This document shows positions 58,561 through 64,000 of a stretch of 64,000 bases of DNA, in pieces. The stretch's first letter is position 1. The number at the start of each line of letters is the position of its first letter. This DNA comes from Anthoceros angustus. Its lineage: Eukaryota; Plantae; Anthocerotophyta. Below the pieces are notes generated by a model. That model saw nothing but the letters and a program-made list of their open reading frames with translations. It was not told the origin of the DNA and ran no database searches. The DNA is taken from NCBI GenBank assembly GCA_010909165.1, contig VJWM01000007.1, forward strand, positions 310,001 to 374,000, given 5' to 3'. The position numbers were made by a program, and so were the translations under genes.

Positions 58561-60958
58561 TCATATCTTGTATGCCTGGATATTGACGAGTTTGTTGCCC
58601 GTCATGAGGGGTTTGCAAACGGGTCCTCAAACTCTGCCAGCATTTGCTTTATCTCTTGAAACAACAACTTATCTGCTTGCCTTTGAAATTCGATCCTAGA
58701 CTCAGCTGTTCCTTCTAGTGGTGTCACTGATCCTCCTACTTGTTAGTATTTTGCTGTTATTTTTTCTGCTACCTACTTTCTTAATACCTTCCTATTAATT
58801 TTTCTTTCGGGTTATGATAGTTTCAGCCCCTATAATTGTAGGTCACGCTAGTTTTCCTAGAGAGAGATTTGCAGCATGTAACAAGTTTCATATCAATCGA
58901 TCAATCAATCATGGGAAAAGGCCTTAAGGCAAGAAAGCCCTGTCCATGAAATCCCTATTTTTCATCAGACGGAGTTTTGTTTGTGTCAGAAGTCCCTATT
59001 TTTCGTGACGACGGAGATCCGATTGTGTCAGCTGTTAAAAACACGCCTTTATACAATAGGTACATAGTTTGGGTCTAGCATCTTGGATATTTTAGGTGTA
59101 ACCCCAGAATGCTTGAATGTCTTGATTTGAGACTTTTCACTTACTTTTCCGGTTCTGGTAAATTCATGGTCACTACATGATTCGATGTTTTGTTCCGCAA
59201 GCATCGGCGCATCTTTCCAGCTAGTCCGCAAAACATTTGCGCACTCTGAGTTTGTTTGTAGTCAGATAGGTAGGAAACGCGCCAAGACCGATTGTTCCTT
59301 TTTCGTTAGAGCTACAATTCAATATTAGGAGCCGGAGGTGGTTTTGCAATGAGGCCCTCCATAAGCTTGTTCCCCTTCGTCTCGAAGTAGATGGGATTTC
59401 CCATCTCCTTTTTCATAAAAAATCTCCACGTTAGGATGTCCCATCTCTTTTTTATGTAAAATCTCCCCGTTCGCGTTTTCTATCCTCACAAGAGTGTAGC
59501 TCCCAAGTGCTAGGATCCTTCTAGACATGCTCACACTCCAGGCTCCCAAAGCCTTTAGGCTCCAAAGTCCTATCGTCACGAGTGTAGCTCCCAACGCTAG
59601 GATCACAAGATGCTCTTCTGGGGCTATCCTCATCTCCTTTTATAGAGAGGCTTACATCATTTCCAAAGTAACTGTTAAAAGCAGACTATCTTCCTTAAGC
59701 CCTACGCTAACTCTTACCACCACTACTTACAACTTACTAACTAGATCCAGGGCTGCATGCCTCTCATACAAGGCTTCTTACTCTCTAGGCAGCTTAGTAT
59801 CTTTTAACCCACCGATCCCCAAGGGATAGACACATTCAGCATTACACTGTGGTGCCTAGAGTGTGAGCGTGCTAGAGGGGAGAGTTGTTGAGGAGGAGAT
59901 CGAGGGGAGAGAGCTAAGCTCCTAGCTTAGGCAAAGATGGGGAGCTCTCTCTGATCTCTCATGTATTCTTGTTGACTCTTGCTGTAATAAACAAGCAGTG
60001 AGACGTGTCGATCGCGAGTCGTCCTGGAAGGACGGCAGCTACTTGGAGGCCTAGTGGTGCTCGTAATGTATTTTGTCGCTAATCACAGGATCGCCCACCT
60101 CCTTGAAAAGGGGGTGTTACTGAGATAGAAATTTCATTTTGGGTTGAAGTTCAGATTCAAGTTTATTATTAATGTAGTTTAAGTTTTTGGATAAGTGTGA
60201 GTCAAACTACTCTGAGAAAGGAAACTTGGGGAGATTGCTTTTGGAACAAATAGTGCCGCATATGTACTTGCGCTTCGGTAGTAGGGAAGATTGACTTGTT
60301 CGATCCCCAATGTTTCCTCTTATTTTTTCGAACTTTTCGGATGCCAGATAACGACCTTCAAAAGAAATTCCTGCACAATTTCCACACAAAAAACCTAACC
60401 CGCTCCTCGTCACGTCAATGCAATGGGGCCTTGCCAGGACCTGAACTAGCCACACATACAGCGTGCCATATTTAGGGGTCCTTGTGGGACGGAGATTTCC
60501 CCATGTAGTTTTGTATAACGGAATGTAAGTAGTGCTTGACAAGAAATTCCACTACAATCTACCGACAAAACATGCCATTTGCAATTGCCCTCATCCACTT
60601 CAAATATGTACGAATTGTTTTGCTCTCCTAGTCCTGTAAGCCGCCAGCCCCATCTCATGAAGGGTTCGGCCTCCACAAAAATTCTTAAGTCCCTCGCCTC
60701 AAATGTACAGCCCGCCAGTACCTCCGGCCAGACCAGTTGCTTTACACTGTAGAGCTTTCGACAAACTACAAAACCTACACACTTATGGTACAATTTGAGA
60801 TACATCCTGCCTGCTCTCTGGCCTGGACGCTTATGTTGAGACCCCAGCTTCAAAACTGCCTTGCTGTAATGGTACACCTGATAATTAATGCACGGGCATC
60901 CCGGATCCAATCTTAGCCAAAACTTCCCACCTTCCAAGCTTACCCAATTGAATCCTCG

Positions 60959-63900
60959 CTACTGCAAGGTGCTCAAGAGCTCCCGAGCACTGCTCAAAGT
61001 CCAGTCCGCAGTGTTTGTCCGTTGCAAGTATCCATTCGACAAATCCTCATTTGAAATAGGAGGCACCGATAGAGGACCAGGCGAATTCGCCATCAGTTCC
61101 TCGTTTAGCCAATCAACAGCTCGTTTCCAGTCCACTCTGCGACCAAGAAGGTACTGTCGAGCAGCGGGACAACTACCTACCAGCTTCACAACAAATTTCA
61201 CTAATGCATACCGCTTGTGAGGATTCACGGCCTGCATCATCCATCACACATTCACTGCATATAGTCAAAACAAGTGGTTAAGAAAGCATGGCCACCAGCA
61301 TCCAACATTTTAGCAGCAGCCTTCGGAAAATGACACACTTTACCTTTACTACAATAAGATCTATAACCCCTTGGGGGAAATCATGAAATCCAAGGAGCAT
61401 TATTTCTTGCCTCACCTGTGCAGAGGGCAAAAAGTTAGCTCTTGAAACAGTATTCCAGCATACTCGCTGTCAATTCCACATCAATGGCACATTCCAGCAC
61501 TCACTGTTTGCAACGAGTCTTTTAATTGCAATAACCGCAATATCAAAGACAGCAGATGACTGACTTCAGTAGTTCCAGCCCTATGGAGCACTTCTAGGAT
61601 GTCCTGCAGAATTGTCTACATACGCTCAAGCAGTACAACAGAGAATGTTACTCAGAGGACTGGAAAGGTGGAACATATATACTAGGCCCAGCAACATTGC
61701 CGGCATCTGTGATGCAAGCAAATCAACGATACTGCAATCTTCACGGAACAGAAAATCACACAATGCAGTTACCAAAAACTCACCACACTGAAGGTCTCAT
61801 TTTGCCAGCAACAGAACTCCAGCAACCGGAGTACATCCTCTTGCTCGCAGCATGATTCTATCTGCAGAAAGAATTCATTTAGGAGGATAATGGGAAGTGT
61901 GCCGTTATTCCACCAAACACACTTGCCAACTACACCAAGGACCCTTGCCGCCTGATGTGAAATAGCAGAACTCACCAATACGTTTATGTAGGGGTGATGC
62001 TTGAAGATGACTTCCACTGCATCAGATGGCAATGGCAGCACGGGAACCAGCTGAAGAGGACTGGGTGGAACTACCACCTTGCTCTCCAGTTCATCCACGC
62101 CATCACAGATCATATTCTCTTTGTCTGCATCGAAATCCTCTACAATATTACAAGAAAGCATGAGTTCTTCCAACTGTGTGTGGAGGCCCTTTCACAATGC
62201 TAGCACTTTGAGGACAAAGGTGTTTGACAAGGTTCAAAGAACTAACCACACAGCTTTGAGACATCACAGCTCCTTATGAGCATTGAAACTGTTGAGTGGA
62301 GGCATGAAAGATCCACTTTCAAAGCAGAATAGCTGACTTTACTCGCAAATCCCGCCTGCAAAATACAGGAGCACATCCTGAGACGCCTTAATCAAAGCTA
62401 CTAGACCAAAAAACCCATCCCCAGCAACTATCTCTAGTTATAATGAAACCTCACCAGGTGGCTGACAACGCATTTTTGAAGTAGATGTTGCCGCTGCGAA
62501 GTTCCAATCTTTGCATATTCCAGAACTACTCCAAAGTACTGTGACAACAAAGGTAACACAAATTGATACAAAGCCCTCAGCCTCGGGTGAACCATACGTC
62601 CAAAATCCAGGTCACAACCGGTATCTGGCAATGGATTACATGGAGTTGACCCCGTAGGTGTCAGACTGACCTGTGCTAGGTAGCTTTTTGGGGCTGTTGC
62701 ATCCCTCAGAAGCGACAGCAACACCTCTATAAGTGCATCTACAAAGAGAGCATCTGCTTGCCGACCATTCCCATCTCTCAAGTAAGAACTTCCTCGTAAG
62801 AACGAGACTGCACACTGCATGGCCCGCACAAGCATTGCTGCAAACGACTGCACACAACCACATGCACTCTATTGTGTCAGTACATAAACAACTGTAATCC
62901 CGACCCGCCATTTCAGATACTGCTCTAGAAAGTACCTGCCGAATCTCATCTACAGGACACTTCAGGAGATACTGATGTAACCAGTATGGTCTGTCCACGA
63001 GTGCCAAAACAAAGTATCTACAAGCATGTACGTTGGCCTCAAGAAGCCTCCACATAGTACCCTGCACACATAACATCAGACATCAGTCACTAACTGTGAA
63101 GTAAACAGACCTTCAACAACACATTTTCATTCCTTAACCACCTTCCACTGCAGTAAGTCTTCACGCAGGCTCGCGTGAGTTCTTAGGTACACTCGCAGCA
63201 AAAACTCAGTGGCAAGCTGTGTTGTTAATCTGGCATATTCGTTAATCTGTACATCAGGTACCACACCGTCTATCCGTCTCCCAGCAGTTTCCCCAATTCC
63301 TCGTGCACCCTTCAACTCACCCTCTACCGCAGCTTGTGATTTTCGAAATAGCCTGCACTAGAAGCCCCACAATTCAGTCTTCTGCACCAACAGTCTGTGA
63401 TTTATGGCTACCGCAGTGACGTAGAGTACAGATAGCAGAGCCACAAAAACCCAGTTTCTGACTCATCAGAATGTCACCAGAACATTACGTGGAACCCATA
63501 TCATTTTCCATCATCTCAACATCTCCCAGACAGCATAATCACCTTTCATCAAGTATGCCACCATTGACCTCCACCAGTGCATGCAGAAACCGAAAGTAGT
63601 CCTTGTCTAGTAGATGATTTTCATGCACAAACCTGGTAATCAAGCTGCAAGTGAGTAACTCTCCAGAATCAGAAGGCAAAGCTGACAGCACTGGGCAATG
63701 ACAAAGAAAAAATCCAGACTTCAGACAGTCACACAAGCGTAGACACAGGACAAACCTTAGATTCTCTTCCCAAACACTTCTGTGAATGGAAGCTGGCATC
63801 TGAACAGATGTCAACCTGCACAAGGAAATACGTGAGAAATTTCTCCCCTCTGGAAGATAGAAGAAAAAGCTTTGGCCCACACACGTTCCACAAGACCTAC

Positions 63901-64000
63901 ATGAACGGTGGCCGTTCCGACGCTCTTGTCTCCTTCATTGACTCATCTCCGTCATCCTCTTCTGATAAGGACCACAGATATCAAGTGGCTGGAAAGAACC
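60959..64000 (-). CDS. C-terminal exons of a large USP9X/USP24 (fat facets)-like ubiquitin-specific protease; 5' part lies outside the window
   Basis: PASIHRSVWEENLRFVHENHLLDKDYFRFL, QLATEFLLRVYLRTH, LHQYLLKCPVDEIRQV and final exon HKRYALVKFVVKLVGSCPAARQYL...WKRAVDWLNEEL...PPISNEDLSNGYLQRTNTADWTLSSARELL*. These parallel the recalled USP9X C-terminus (WTWAVEWLGDEL...[20 protein letters not shown]). Confidence 0.82.

Noticed and set aside
59330-60120. Possible solo LTR or LTR remnant (TATA-like, TGTAATAAAC, GAAAAGGGGGTGTTAC)
   Set aside because: I could not define both termini, a TSD or an orientation consistently.
60207-60937. ORFs of 111 and 163 aa downstream of the USP stop
   Set aside because: No recognisable motif; probably 3' UTR or intergenic sequence.

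Overview
Eukaryotic nuclear DNA from a land plant, most likely a non-seed plant with flagellate sperm (bryophyte or lycophyte-like). This is inferred from compact GC-rich genes with ~80-200 bp introns and from genes that, to my knowledge, Arabidopsis lacks (LSm10-like, ZNF474-like, USP9X/USP24-like). The left half (1-35 kb) is gene-dense: a decayed CRE-like non-LTR retroelement; KCS; NOC1/SWA2/CEBPZ; an LSm10-like Sm protein; a secreted, probably GPI-anchored LRR protein; an AT-rich island with a ZNF474-like C2HC gene and LINE ORF1-like pieces; an HNH-like plus telobox-Myb plus coiled-coil gene; nicastrin; plastid type II peroxiredoxin; and CSLA mannan synthase. A ~1.12 kb tandem duplication joins the KCS 5' end and the NOC1 3' end and may be an assembly artefact. 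The right half (35-60 kb) is a transposon nest: a MULE remnant; two head-to-head copies of an LTR element that lacks gag-pol and carries only an Athila-ORF2-like coiled-coil ORF; a full-length defective Copia with non-canonical TA...TA LTR ends and a CCAAT target-site duplication inside one of those copies; and a KDZ-like transposase remnant. The 3' part of a USP9X/USP24-like deubiquitinase runs off the right edge. All homology calls come from motif recognition by eye, not from database searches.
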